Origin: Psilocybe cubensis
Taxonomy: Eukaryota
Direction of reading: 5' to 3'
Assembly: GCA_017499595.2 (NCBI GenBank)
Contig: CM039000.1
Coordinates: 3,224,001-3,288,000 of the forward strand
DNA length: 64,000 bases
The notes under the pieces were generated by a model. The model worked only from the letters and a program-made list of their open reading frames with translations. It was not told the origin of the DNA and ran no database searches. The translations under genes and the position numbers were made by a program. Shown one piece after another: positions 32,469 to 44,909 of the stretch. Numbering within the stretch: position 1 is the first letter of the stretch; each line of letters begins with the position of its first letter.

Positions 32469-34223
32469 CTACGTGGTTTTCGCCTCATCAACCGCCTCGG
32501 TTGCCTGTGCCTCAGGCTCGGTTTTGGAAGCTGCGCTTCCACTGGGTCTAAAATCAATTTTCTTTTTTGTACTTCCTTGCTTCAAAAGTCCCTGCAATGA
32601 ATCTAAAGTGCTTTGCGACGCCTGCATGTTGGGTGTGGAGGTGGAGGGTAGCTGTGCGGGGAGTTTGCCCAACCTTGTCTTGGATAAGTATTGCTGGGTA
32701 AGGGATGTCCTAATGACGCGGTTTGTTGGTGGCAGCTGGGCACTGTATTCCAAAGTACCGGGGAAGAATGGGTTCGTTCGATACATTTGTGACATTGAGC
32801 CGTCAACGGCGACAACGGTGCGCAGGCGCGTGCGCGCGAGTGGCTTGTTCGTCGCACCCTCTCCCACGACGATAGGAGTCTCCTCGACCTGGATAGACAC
32901 GGGCCGCAAGAGTCTCTCACTCTTTCGTGTATCGGGGATAAATTTGCCTGGACGGTCGGGGTCTCGTATACGCGGCGCCTGGATGCCCTGGACAGGTTCG
33001 GTGACAAAAGGACTATAGAGTGGTCGGGTGTCAGTGCCAGACTTTGCTTTGGGAAGTCTGACGGTTAGAGGACCGAGAGTAGCTAGGAAGTCGCCTTCCA
33101 GGTCTTTTTGGCTCTGGGCGGAAGTATCCTGGAGGACGAGTCCGGGTTGTGGTTTACAGGTGAAGAGCGACTCAAGCTCTGTAGGCATGGCATATACGAG
33201 CCCTCCAAGCTTATGGGGCTGTTTGCGAATGCGACCAGGCTTGTTCGCCAAAGCAGCAGCAGCCTCTACGCTCTTCGTTTTTAGCGTGGTTTTGTAGGTC
33301 TGATCTTCGTTGTAGCGTCCAAGGAACGCCATGTGAAGATACTTCGTGGTCGCTTCATGTCCGAGTTTGAGAACTAGCTCCGCATCCGAGAGGGTATTAG
33401 GGTCGACGGTGCTCATTCGGTTTTCCTTTGGCACTTCCACTGCCTTTCCGTCCTGGGCGTCTTTCTCTGCTTTTTTCTTCGCCGCTACCTCCTGCGCGTG
33501 ATCCTTCTCCAGTTGCTGTCTGAGATATTTGATAAATTTGGGTCTGAGCTTGCGGAGATGCTCCAGATATCGCTTGAATTCAACAGGCGTCATGGCGTTG
33601 ATGTTGGGTTGAAGGAGGCTCTCGTCGTCGCGACGTGGCTGTTTACGTTGTACGGTGGCTTTGGCACCATAGTTCCCTTTCCCAGCTCGACCCAGAGACT
33701 CTAAGTTTACAGCAGTGGATTTTTCGGTTGAGGGAAGGATCCCACTCCAATCTGCTTGGTCTACAGGAGGAGACGGAGGAGCCTCATCTTTGTAACGTTC
33801 GTCGCGGAATCTATGGAACTTGGGTGACTCTCCAGGACAGAAATCAGAGTCAAAACCAGTGGCCTTTATTGTAGCTGCCTGACCGAGGCCAATGAACCAA
33901 GAGGTCTGCGGGACAAGACCAGGCGTCGTGTTCAGCTCCTCCACGGACTTGATAACTTTGACCTGGTGGTCTGCTCGGTCCCACTCGATATACTGGGCAT
34001 GTTCTTCAAAGTTTCGGAGAACGATGGCACCGCGCTTGCTACGGTTGGCTATGGGACGCTTGAGACCCCAATTTCCGCGATGGGTGTATGAGGGAGGTGC
34101 AGAGTAGGTTTGTCGGATAGCGGGGTCGAAGGATGCGAAGCGAGAGCGCCTGAGCAGCTCACCAAAGGGTGAAGACGGGGGAATAACCTTTGGTACGCAT
34201 TTCGAGGCAGTTATAGCCGACAT
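32469..34223 (-). CDS. MRP51: Mitochondrial small-subunit ribosomal protein Mrp51 (bS1m)-like
   Basis: 584-aa single-exon ORF with N-terminal FGELLRRSRFA...HRGNWGLKRPI, typical of the Mrp51 family. Confidence 0.75.
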   Translation of the reverse strand: MSAITASKCVPKVIPPSSPFGELLRRSRFASFDPAIRQTYSAPPSYTHRGNWGLKRPIANRSKRGAIVLRNFEEHAQYIEWDRADHQVKVIKSVEELNTTPGLVPQTSWFIGLGQAATIKATGFDSDFCPGESPKFHRFRDERYKDEAPPSPPVDQADWSGILPSTEKSTAVNLESLGRAGKGNYGAKATVQRKQPRRDDESLLQPNINAMTPVEFKRYLEHLRKLRPKFIKYLRQQLEKDHAQEVAAKKKAEKDAQDGKAVEVPKENRMSTVDPNTLSDAELVLKLGHEATTKYLHMAFLGRYNEDQTYKTTLKTKSVEAAAALANKPGRIRKQPHKLGGLVYAMPTELESLFTCKPQPGLVLQDTSAQSQKDLEGDFLATLGPLTVRLPKAKSGTDTRPLYSPFVTEPVQGIQAPRIRDPDRPGKFIPDTRKSERLLRPVSIQVEETPIVVGEGATNKPLARTRLRTVVAVDGSMSQMYRTNPFFPGTLEYSAQLPPTNRVIRTSLTQQYLSKTRLGKLPAQLPSTSTPNMQASQSTLDSLQGLLKQGSTKKKIDFRPSGSAASKTEPEAQATEAVDEAKTT

Positions 34224-35282
34224 TGGGGCGGTCTAGCCGTCGTCGTACGCGTCGGCGACGAGGACAACGGGCACTGGTCTTTGATATTATTTACTGCACC
34301 GACCCAAACTTTTCCAGCGCAGCGCGGGGTTTGAACATTTTAGCCGGCATGTTCCGGGGTCGCGTTTGGGTATAAAACACGGCCTGATCGCGTTTTTTTC
34401 CCCTTTTCTTTACAACCACGGCGTCCAAATTACTATCTATCCTCCGCTTCGAGCAGACAGGACGTACTTGTACGTTCAGTTGAAGGAAAGATGGTCCAGA
34501 CAAACGTCGGAGAGTAACTCGTTCTCGCGAGAGTATTCTCAAAAACAATCTTTGCTGATTGCTCCTCCCTCTGGTTGAGGGGCCAGGACGCAGGATCACC
34601 TGGAGCTTTGCTACAAACTCTGTTTTCCCTTTGTTATATCGCTATTCCTTTGTTCTAGGTACCCATGCAAATACAACTTCTCTACTTGCTACCATCGATT
34701 CTTGAGCTGATTGCACACAAAGCCGAAGGATACCGGATGTGGTGATCTCAAATAGTTGTGGTGAGTCTACCTTCAAATTAAATCATTTACCAGCCTCTTC
34801 TTCGCCCATGCACACCGGATGTCAATGACGAAAAAACTAGTAAAGGAACACACCCCGTTCGCGTCCTTTTGGACTACATCTTCGCGGAGTAGAACAATCG
34901 GGTGACGGATCCTGCATTCCCTTCTTTATTGACACGGGAGCGGGCATCGAGTCTCTGGCCTCGGCTCCCTTCACGCGGGCCAGAGGAATGCACGGGGCAG
35001 ATGGAGGGTGTGGATGGAGAAGTAAAGGCGAGGCCGAGACATTCCGAGTGATTGCTGACTTTTGTGATTTTATTTATTTGCATTTAACTATACATTAACC
35101 CTCAGTCCAAAGTTGCTAACTTTACCCTTCATAGAACGAATGAATTAGATGGTTTGTATGCATCAGTGCTCTTGATTGCATGGGTTGGCCCATTGATTAG
35201 AAAGATGTGGAGGTATAATTGCATAGTCAAAGGTACATTGAATTGTAGTAATACTGTATTTGAGAGTCACATTTCTATGCGA

Positions 35283-38200
35283 TCACTGACCAAGATGCAC
35301 GAATGGAACCCAGTATCGAAATGCGGCCCCCTTACTCCTCAGTTTCTGCACCGCGAAGTCGAAAGCTTGAATAGATTTGTTGACATCAGGATAGTCCATA
35401 GGTAGTCCATCGGAACCTTTGAACAATTCCTCGTAAAAAGCATCTGCGAAAATAGGGCCGTCCCTATCCTGGATATTCCTGTGGATGCGCTACCAGATCA
35501 GCAAGGTAACATAAAAACTAACCGATGAACATACCACATTGTCGCAATAACGCTGCGGAATCCGGAAAATAACAAGCTTGCACCCAAACTCATCGCTTCG
35601 TCCGGAAGATTTTCGTCTCCCATAGCCGTCTCGCAAGCACAGAGGAATGCAAGAGATCCGTTCAACTTTTGCTGCTGCATGATTTTCGAGATCGTCAGCA
35701 GTCCGTCGTCCACGAGCAGCCCACTCTGCAGTGGTTTGTTTCTATCTTGGGTACCATGACAGGCAAAATGAACAATAGACGCAGTGGATAGATGGGATAG
35801 TATGGTTTTTACATTAGAAGGCGAGTCTTTCGAAGCGCCCAGTTGGACCAAGTGGTCATTCGGAACCCGTGCTTTGATTTTATCAAGTTCTTCAGAGGCA
35901 CACGACAGCCGTTTGGTATCAACCACTGCTAGCATGTGGAATGATTCTTGGTTAGATATATGATTGCTGGTGAGAAGTCTTTCGATTGTGGGTGTATAGG
36001 TCGATATGACGTAGTCCGAGATGCTCTCCGAACCCTCTTTGGAATCATAATTTCCTGCAGCGTGGATGGGAAGGAAAGTGAATAAATCAGTCGGACACCA
36101 TCGTATTGTGGGTCTCTCAGCCGAGGCCTGAAAACATGCATCAGTAATGACGACAATCCCTTCAATAAAATAAAAATTACCGTGATACCAAGCACCCCGA
36201 GGACAGGCTTCACCAATTCATTCCATAGAACTCTGAGGATATATTTGAATATATCGTCCGAGCGTAATGCGCCAGCACGTCTGGTTGCTCTTTCTTCAGC
36301 AACATCAGGTTGCGCTACAATGTTTTCGTGAAAAAATGATAAATCTCCTTGGATATGTTCGATTGACGAACGCAGCAGAGTCTCTTGAGTGGATGCTGCA
36401 TGCAAAAGTTCCTTCATTTTGAGTAACTCTATCACAGGTAAAGCTGGTAGTTGTATTTGATGGACATCCGTGGCTGTCATAATCAAGCAATGACTTTGCT
36501 CGTAAGCTGGGATGAGAAAAACAACTGGCCCTCTACTTGTTGCCCCTCGAAGGACAGACAACCGAGGAGGCAGCAGAAAGTCTTCAAAGCCGTTAATACC
36601 CCGGACCTGGTCAATCAAGCTATGCCACTCCGCAGTCAATGCATCCAATTCACGTTCCTGCTTCTCCAGCATAATATGTCGCTTGTTGTCCGTAGGTACA
36701 GCGAACGTGTCCCGGTGAGACGCAACTTCGAGTTTGGATGAAATGTCGCGCAGCCTTTCTCCGAGATCAGGTGCCTCTTCAAGCAGTCGGTCGAGGGGCG
36801 TGCGGAGATGTAGGACCTGGGACCAAACAACTGCGCGTCCGGCCTCCAAGTATTCGATGGCCTTGCCATAATCGTGAAGCCGGATAGCGCACAGCGCAGC
36901 CTTGCGGGCCAGGCTATCACCTCCGGCACTCAAGGATTGCTGGCGTGATTCGATATCGAGGCTGAGAGAGGCCCTTTCCCGTGCGACTTGCAATAAAGTA
37001 TCGTAGGCACCGAGTACTGTCGGATGGTGGTACTCATCTGCGGCAAATGCCCATGATTGGGCAACAAGAAGCCGCTGGGTAGGTGACAAAGACGGGATCT
37101 GGAGTGCTACAGAGAAAGCATCCATAGCCTGTTCTAATAGCTCATTTTTATTAAACTTGGAGTATGCTGTACAGTAGGCCTTTGCCAGATTGTGGTAAGA
37201 CCCAAACAACTTTTGATGTTTTGCAGGAAGAAGCGAAATAGCCTCCCTGTACAGTGCAACGACCTCTTGAAAATCATCCTCATTTCCGTTACATTCAAAA
37301 CGCTTCGAGACTGCTATTGCCAGGTTGACGAGCGAAGTATATCGATCTGAAAAAGGTGGGGGGCGCAGAGCCAGAGCATGCCGATGCAGTGCGATAGACT
37401 CCTCCAAATCAGCAACGTCATTACACTCCGTAAACTTTGTCGAAAGCAAGTTGCCAAGATTATTCAGGGTATTGGCGTGTCGTCGACCCTCCAGATTTAG
37501 GACGCGCCTCTGCAACGAGATTGCTTCGTCAAGGTCACCCCCATGCCCTCGCTGATGTCTCAAAGCGAGCATATTCGCAAGATTACCGAGTATACCGTGA
37601 CGTTGAGGATTTCGCACCCTCTCCAAATATTCTACACATTGTTTCTGCCAGAATATAGCGTCGTCCAAATCGCCCGCCTTGCCGAGCAGCTCGAACCGAC
37701 CAACGAGTGCCATCGCAAAGTGGTTGATCGCAGCGTACCGGTGCAGGTCGTTCGCATCGAACAGGTCTACGCACTGCCTGAACACCAAGATAGCCTCGTC
37801 CACATCAGACCGCTGGCTGGCGGCGTACCGCGCCCGAAACCAAAGCGCGTTTCCGAGTCCGCTGAGCAGAGTGGTGCGTTCGCGATCGTGGTCGCGGCCG
37901 GGTGCCGGGCCCAGCTCTCGGAGGGCTTCGCGCTGGAGATCGACGGCTTCGTCCAAAAGCGCATGTTTCCCTGTCAGCTGGCCTTGCATGGACAGGACAT
38001 TCGCAAGGCCGAAAAGCGACCAGTGTCGCGAGGGGTGCGGGGCAGGCCTCGAGTCCAACGACTGTCGGAACAAGCAAACTGCTTCGTCCAGATCATCCGC
38101 CGCGCCTCCCTCCACAAACCGCTTCGCAAGTGCCGTTCCAAGGTTATACGCCAACTCCCCCCGATCGGAACGTTCAGAGAAAAACGCCGAGCTGGCATGC

Positions 38201-39390
38201 AACGCCTCTCTGAAAAGCTTGATCGCTTCTTCGAGGTCGCTCGCTTCGCCGCTCTCGTTGAACCTAGTCGTTAGAGCTTTCCCCAGCTCCTCCAGCGACT
38301 CGGGGCGATAAGGGTGCGGGAACGATCGCATCTCCAACGCCTCGCGGTGCAGCGAGATAGCACCATCAAGCTCCTGCCTGCTACCACTCGCTTCAAACTC
38401 GCGCATGCGCCTCTTTGCACGGTCAAACACCTCCGCGCATCGCATGACATACCGAAAATCGTCAGGCCGCGGCGTAGTGGCATCTGTGCCACCGCGCGCG
38501 CGCAAGGCACGCGTGAACCCCTCTTCGAGGCTGAACTCGTCGTCGGATGTGAGTTGCTCGAGCGCCAATGCCGGGATACGCGCTTCGAGCGCCTCAAGGT
38601 CTATATTGCGCGCCACACTCTGTGCGCCGTGCGCGTGGATGTGCGTAAACGCGTCTTTCAGATTCGAGACGGCATCCGATAGGCAGGACGCGTCGCCCGA
38701 GGCGCGGTACGCCATATACTGAGCATCGGAGAGTGCGCACAGCGCTGCGACGTAGCTCGGGCTCGGTACGTCCGCATTGAGAATTCGAAGTTGGGGTTGT
38801 AGGGTGTGTATTAAATCGTGCAGCGCGTCAGAGGGTATCGATTCGTCGAACTCCGCCAACATTCTCTGGGCGAAACGCCCCAGGTCAGTGTCCGTGTCCG
38901 TGTCCGTGTCCGTGTCCGGAGTATCACCCACGCCATCTTCACCCTCCGGCCCAGCTGGGCTACTCAACACATACAACAATCTCTCAACGCGAAGCCCCAT
39001 CATCTCATCCCAATCCTCAACCCGCCCAGCGCACAGAAAGCGCACAGTCAGCGCAGCCGCAAGGTCGTCTAGCGCATCTTGCGCCAGCGGGCGCTGCTCG
39101 TGGATTTGGGGGAACAGGTGCACGGCGCTGTCGAGCTTTGTGAAGGGTAGGTGGGATTTGCAGGTTGATAGTAGGGCCACTGTGGATTCGATGCGGGCTT
39201 CTGCTGCTGCGGCTGCTTCGTTGTTTGGGGCTTCGGCTTCTGAGATGGGGAGGAGAGGTGACGCTGTAGTCTCTGTAATTTGACTGGGATGCTACATCAT
39301 CCAAAGCATAAGCGCGCATAAAAGGATAGAAGCGTAGATTTTAGCAAAAAAACTCACTGGGCACCCTTTAAGAACGTTCGAATAATCCAT
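35283..39390 (-). CDS. TPR-repeat CHAT-domain (caspase-like) protease, multi-exon
   Basis: Many DLDEAIxLxRxAL...HP.R...L.NL repeats, AIEYLEAGRAVVWSQ, GFEDFLLP, catalytic IVHFACHG and FLCACETAMGD, SVIATMW, and C-terminal WVPFVHLGQ*. Confidence 0.93.
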
Positions 39391-40399
39391 GTTGAAAAAA
39401 GTCACTGTTTCGTTCAATCTACCTTTTCACAAGAGAAAGGAAGGACTCAAGTACACCCCTTCTTAGCCATCTCCTCGTACCCGTAGCATCCCCCGTACAG
39501 CTTGGGGTACAGCATCCAAATTTAAGCTAATAAAATCCCGTATACACGCCAATGACCTGGCAGTGTTATGGGTAAGAGGGCTAATGTATGCATGGCATAC
39601 CAGCATAAGCACACATATACGGGGCGAATAAATGCTGGACAAGGTACCCAGGCTCCAGCTCCGTACAGCTTGGGTACAGCATTCTTTGAATTTTCTGAAT
39701 CTGAACACATGTTCAGTTGGGCAGTGCGTGCTTGCGGTCCTAATACTCAGGCGTTTAACCCAGAAAATTAGGCGATCGGAGGTATAGTATAGAGAGATAC
39801 AGAATATGAGTCCGATGGTCTTTCGCAAAACGTTCTTAAGTATAAGGCGCGCAGCACAGCCACTTGAAAATGAAATGCGACCATAGACAGGGGTCTCACT
39901 GATCTCGTGATCTCTTTTAAAGCGCGTCGCGTCGCGAGTTCGTGGAGGGGTCCCGCTCAACGTCGCCGCTCGATTCAAAATTGAATTCCGCACGCAAACG
40001 AACAAAAAAATACTATCCGCTCATTCGTAATAACACGCAATGGCCACATAGTACTGTACACTGGACTCGGACCATCGACATTATGATTAATTAATCTACT
40101 ACTCATTACTCGAACCTCAATCGACCTCGATACATCATTTAACGATTTTTAGATTTCTACAGTACGCAATGTCCCTAATTCCCTAACTCCAGAACTCCAG
40201 GACCCTGATAGTAGTAGCACCTATAATACTATACCTATACACACACCACACCGTTGAGTCATACTGACACGTACGATCCATCTCTCAGGCCCAAGATGTG
40301 ACAATGCCGTCAAACGAGACCTCGAGCCATAAAATGAACGATGTCATGTGTGTCACTATTGGATAATAACTGAATGACAGTCATGATCATTTGGCCTGC

Positions 40400-41540
40400 G
40401 AGAGCATCGTTTTTTGGAATATTGCAGATCGTCTCCTGAGAGATGGGTGTATGTGCATGTGTATGTGTGTGGTGGTGTGTGCAGTGTTTGGCGAGATATG
40501 ACTCGGAGGAGCGCTGAGCTGTGAGCTGTTAGCTGTGGGTGAGAAGGAGAACAAGAGAGATTGGATGTGGTGTGTAGTTTATGGCGCTGTAATGCAGATG
40601 GGATGCATACCATAGATAAACGAGAAACGAGAAACGAGAACGTGAAGACAAACAAAATCACAAACACAAACAGCACCAGAACCAGAACCAGAACCAGAAC
40701 AAAAAAAAAAAGCAAAGGTGAAACCAATCACACAAAGCATCATATCAAACTGACCATCCGAGTCGTAGCATCAACCCAACCAGCGCCCTCTCTTCTCCAG
40801 ATCTACAGTCGGATTGGATATTGGATCGGAGGCGAGCACTAGCACTGAGCACTGGGAACTGAGCACCTGAGCGCTGAGCACTAGCACTGGGCACTGAGCA
40901 CCTGAGAACCTGAAAACCTGAAAACCTGAGAACCTAAGAAGTTTCTCGTCAGCTAAGTACTATAGGAAAGCGAGATAATATCAAGGGGCTATCGGTGTAC
41001 TTGTAGCCCATGGGACCACTATGATGACGACCATGAGCGTGCGGTAGTCTTTATCCTTATCCACGATCCTTATCCACGATCTGCGAGCACAGTCAGGTCA
41101 GGTCAACCTCCAGGCGCTGTCGCTGTCGCTGTTGCTGTCCGCTACTACCCCCACGATCTCGCAACCCACGATGACGACCCACGATTATAATATAGAAGAA
41201 TGAAGATTGGATTGAAGATAGCTAGCCAGACACATCGATGAACTGCATCGCATCGCATCGCATCGCATCGTGTGAATCCAGTTTCCTCCGCCTCGACTCG
41301 GAAATTTAGCTCCAAAGAGCGCTGGCGGCCTCAAGCTACTCTCATGATTTTCAGTCGTACCTTGTCGTCGTCGTCGTCGTCGTCGTCGTTCGCGGAAATG
41401 CCGCACTGTCCAAATGGGATAATGCCGAGTACGAGTGCGAGTGCGAGTGCTGGATGTGCTTGGATGTGCTGAGCGATTGTCTTGAATCATGATTATGATC
41501 ATGGGAGTCGAAAGCCAAGGCTAGGAAAGGCTAGGAAGGG
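40400..41540. repeat. Microsatellite-rich upstream region (ACCAGA, GAGCACT, GCATC, TCG and GAGTGC runs)
   Basis: Multiple short tandem repeats seen directly. Confidence 0.8.
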
Positions 41541-42879
41541 CAAAAGAGCCCACCCCCGCACGTGTGATACCGGTTCGTGATGTTACACTACAGGCTCCTT
41601 AATCCCACATAATACTATATAGACATGGTAAACATAAGTAAATGTTATATGTGAACACTGAAGACATATATTCGAACCTTTGCTCCCGCGGCCGCCATGT
41701 GCTTCCTGCGTACTGCTTCCTGCTTGTGCAGCGCACGCGAGGATCTGACGAATCACGATATGTTGCGAATTGCGATTTGTAGGGATCTTTGATCGTTGAT
41801 GGCTGCTACATAGCGTGATTATAGGGAATGGACGCTCAGGCGCAGTTGGGTGCTATGTAGTATGTATGCGTGTGCGTATTATAAGGGTGGGTTGAAGATG
41901 GGGGACAGGAGGAGTGGTGGTAGTGGGACGATGACGACAGCGCATCTCGTTAACGTGCTTCTCAAAAATCAAAGGTTGAATAACATCGTAGAAAGCAAAA
42001 GTCTAGTCGAGCCGCTTCGCGCGTAGTACTATCTCCGTCGCGTACGTCTTTTTTGCCTTTTGCAGCAGGTCAAGTGGGAGTGAAAGAGAAGCAAAGCACG
42101 GTGCCGTAAAACAGGCTACATCGTGCGAATTGGGGAGATGCAGCCGTTACGGTTCAGTGTTTCTGAGCGTAGCGTGGATCATGGACGTGAGATGTATGGG
42201 ATATGGAGAAACGGATTAACCTTTCACGCCACGCGCTTTCAGACACTTTCAAGGCAGCTGCTCTAGATTAGAGTCTAAAGTAAGACATATTTCAGCTAAC
42301 CCAGCGAAAACCGCGCTGTGATGATATTCTGGCGTTCCCCTCTTTCGGGTTTGGTTTAGAGTCGAGTTGATGTGGAAGACGCTATGCTGGGTGGGATAGC
42401 ATTGACAGACACGGTGGGCGGGCTGGGTTGTACACAAAAAGGGACTAGTATAGGTGTGGTAAACTAGTTACATAACCCTTCCAATGAGCCGACTTTTTTT
42501 TTTTCATCTTCATTTGCATTGATTTTAATAGAGTAGAGAGATAAACGGTGTTATTCGGTGCAATAGTTGAAATAACGAAATTGCAAACACTCGCCATCAG
42601 AAGGACGCAGAAGGAAAGAAGAAAAAAAAGCAAAGTGTCCGTATGGGCAACGCCCCTCCTCGCCAACCTCAGCCGAAGTCTCACTCTTGGTCTCATCACC
42701 ACCACCACCACCGTCCCTCTCGTCCCTCCCCCGACCGACTCCCCCTCCTCTCCGCCGCTCCCCACGACGACGACGACGGCGACGAACACCAACCACGCCT
42801 CCTTTACACCCCCTAGCACACCGGACAATCCCCGGCGCTCCCTTTTTCTCATCACCAACACCCTAATCCCCCGCCAGCT

Positions 42880-44909
42880 ATGCACCACCGTCCGCCCCCG
42901 ACAGTCCGCTCGTCCTCCTCGCTGGCACCGAGCGCCGTGTCCAGTCGCGCCCCGACGCCCCGCCATTCGCCCCTCCTGCCCTCTTCCCCTTCCTCTCTGT
43001 CTCTCTCCATGACCTCCACTGCCGCGGGGTACCCACTCGACAAGTACGATGCGCCGTCAATGCAGAGCCAGCAGCAGCTCTTGCAGCAGCAGCAGTTGCA
43101 GCACCTCCAGCAGCAGCAGGTCCCAACTATATGCGGCATGCCTTTGAAATACGTTTCGTCAGTCCACCTCCTGTTTTTATCCAATGTCTATCTATTCTAA
43201 CATATATCCTCTGCAGACTCGTCACCCTCGCCGTCCAAAACGCCGCCCTGTCCATTGTCATGCACTACTCGCGCGTCTCTATCCCCCCGTCCCTCGCCTA
43301 CTCACCCGCCTCCGCCGTCCTGCTCAACGAGATCCTCAAAGGCTCTATTTCCTTCCTCATTGCCCTCCTACGCTCTCCGCTACTTACACAACCGCTGCAC
43401 CAGCACCCCCTGACTCGCCGCAAGCCGCTCTCATCCCCCATGCTCTGGGCCCACGCTTTCACCCACCTCTGCCGCGAAGTCTTCTCCCCAGACTGCTGGA
43501 AGCTCAGCATCCCCGCCATCCTCTACGTCGTCCAAAACTCCCTCCAGTTCGTCGCTATCGCCAACCTCCCCGTCGCGTCCTTCCAGGTCACCTACCAGAT
43601 GAAAATCCTTACCACCGCCGCATTCAGCGTCGCCCTCCTCCGCAAAAAGCTCTCGCCAGCAAAATGGCTCTCGCTCTTCTTCCTCGCTATTGGCGTCGGC
43701 ATCGTCCAGATCCAAAACGCCGCGACAGCACACAAGCCTACGGCCGTAGGCAGCGCACACGAGTTCCACCACGTCATGAACCCGCTCAAGGGCTTCGGCG
43801 CCGTCACAGCCGCATGCTTCACATCCGGCCTCGCAGGCGTCTACTTTGAGATGGTCCTCAAGGGCTCCAAAGCCGATCTCTGGGTGCGCAACGTGCAGCT
43901 CTCCCTCTTCTCCCTGATCCCCGCGCTCCTCCCGGCGCTGTACACCGCGCGCCCGCCGAACTCGCAGGGCTTCGTGCACGATCTGTTCCGCCACTTTGGC
44001 GCGTGGGCGTGGGCGACGGTCGGCATTCAGGTCGCGGGCGGGCTCGTCACGGCTGTTGTGATCAAGTATTCGGATAATATTTTGAAAGGGTTCGCGACGA
44101 GCTTGTCGATTGTGTTTTCGTTCCTGGCGAGTGTGGCGTTGTTTGATTTTAGGATTACGCCGAGCTTTGTGATTGGGGCGGGGACGGTGCTTGGTGCGAC
44201 GTGGATGTATAACCAGCCTTCTTCTTCCTCTTCCTCTTCGTCCTCCTCGTCTTCGTCGGCGTCGGCTGCCGCTGCCGCTGCGGGTGCAGGTTCGATAGCG
44301 CTACAACAAAAACACTACTACCAAGACCAACCCTCCGCGTCGTCTTCTCTCGACTCGTCGCCCGTCCTTGGCGGCGGTAAAGAAAAATCGCTCTTCTCAA
44401 TCGTACTCAACGACGCCTCGCCCCCGTCCTCCGGCTCCGCGTCGCCTTATTACCCCGGCACCCCCGACCCCAACACGGGTGTGAACGGGAACGGGACGAG
44501 CGGTGTGTTAGGTGGTCTGGGTGTGGGCTCGTTTATGCGCAGGAAGAGCGGGGGGTTCGGGGGTGCGGGGAGTAGTAGGAATAGTAGCACCGCGAGCTTG
44601 AGCGCGCTTTTGAGTGCGAGTATTGGTTCGGTTGCGGCGTCTGCTGGGGCGGGGAACACGAGTCCGACGTCGGGGCAGGGGAGTATAGCTGGAGTAGGAG
44701 GGAGTATAGGCAGTGGTATTGGTGGAGGAGGGGCAGGAGGAGGAGGAAGGGGCGAGCTAGGGCTGGCGGAAAGCGGCGAGCTCGTGCATGATGAGACGAG
44801 TGCGGTGGGGAGCTATTATAATACGCCGTATTCGTCGAGGCCTGCGTCGAGGGTTGGGTCGAGGCCGCCTAGTCCGGGGCCGGTGAGGTTTGGGAGGGGC
44901 GGGTCGTGA
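42880..44909 (+). CDS. Nucleotide-sugar (UDP-galactose) transporter, SLC35A family; 2 exons, low-complexity N- and C-tails
   Basis: PLKYVS|LVTLAVQNAAL, AVLLNEILK, LSIPAILYVVQNSLQF, FQVTYQMKILTTAAFSV, SGLAGVYFEMVLK, LWVRNVQL and VIKYSDNILKGFATSLSI. The start could instead be 43009. Confidence 0.93.

Noticed and set aside
37325-39283. Many overlapping plus-strand ORFs
   Set aside because: Antisense shadows of the GC-rich TPR-CHAT exon.
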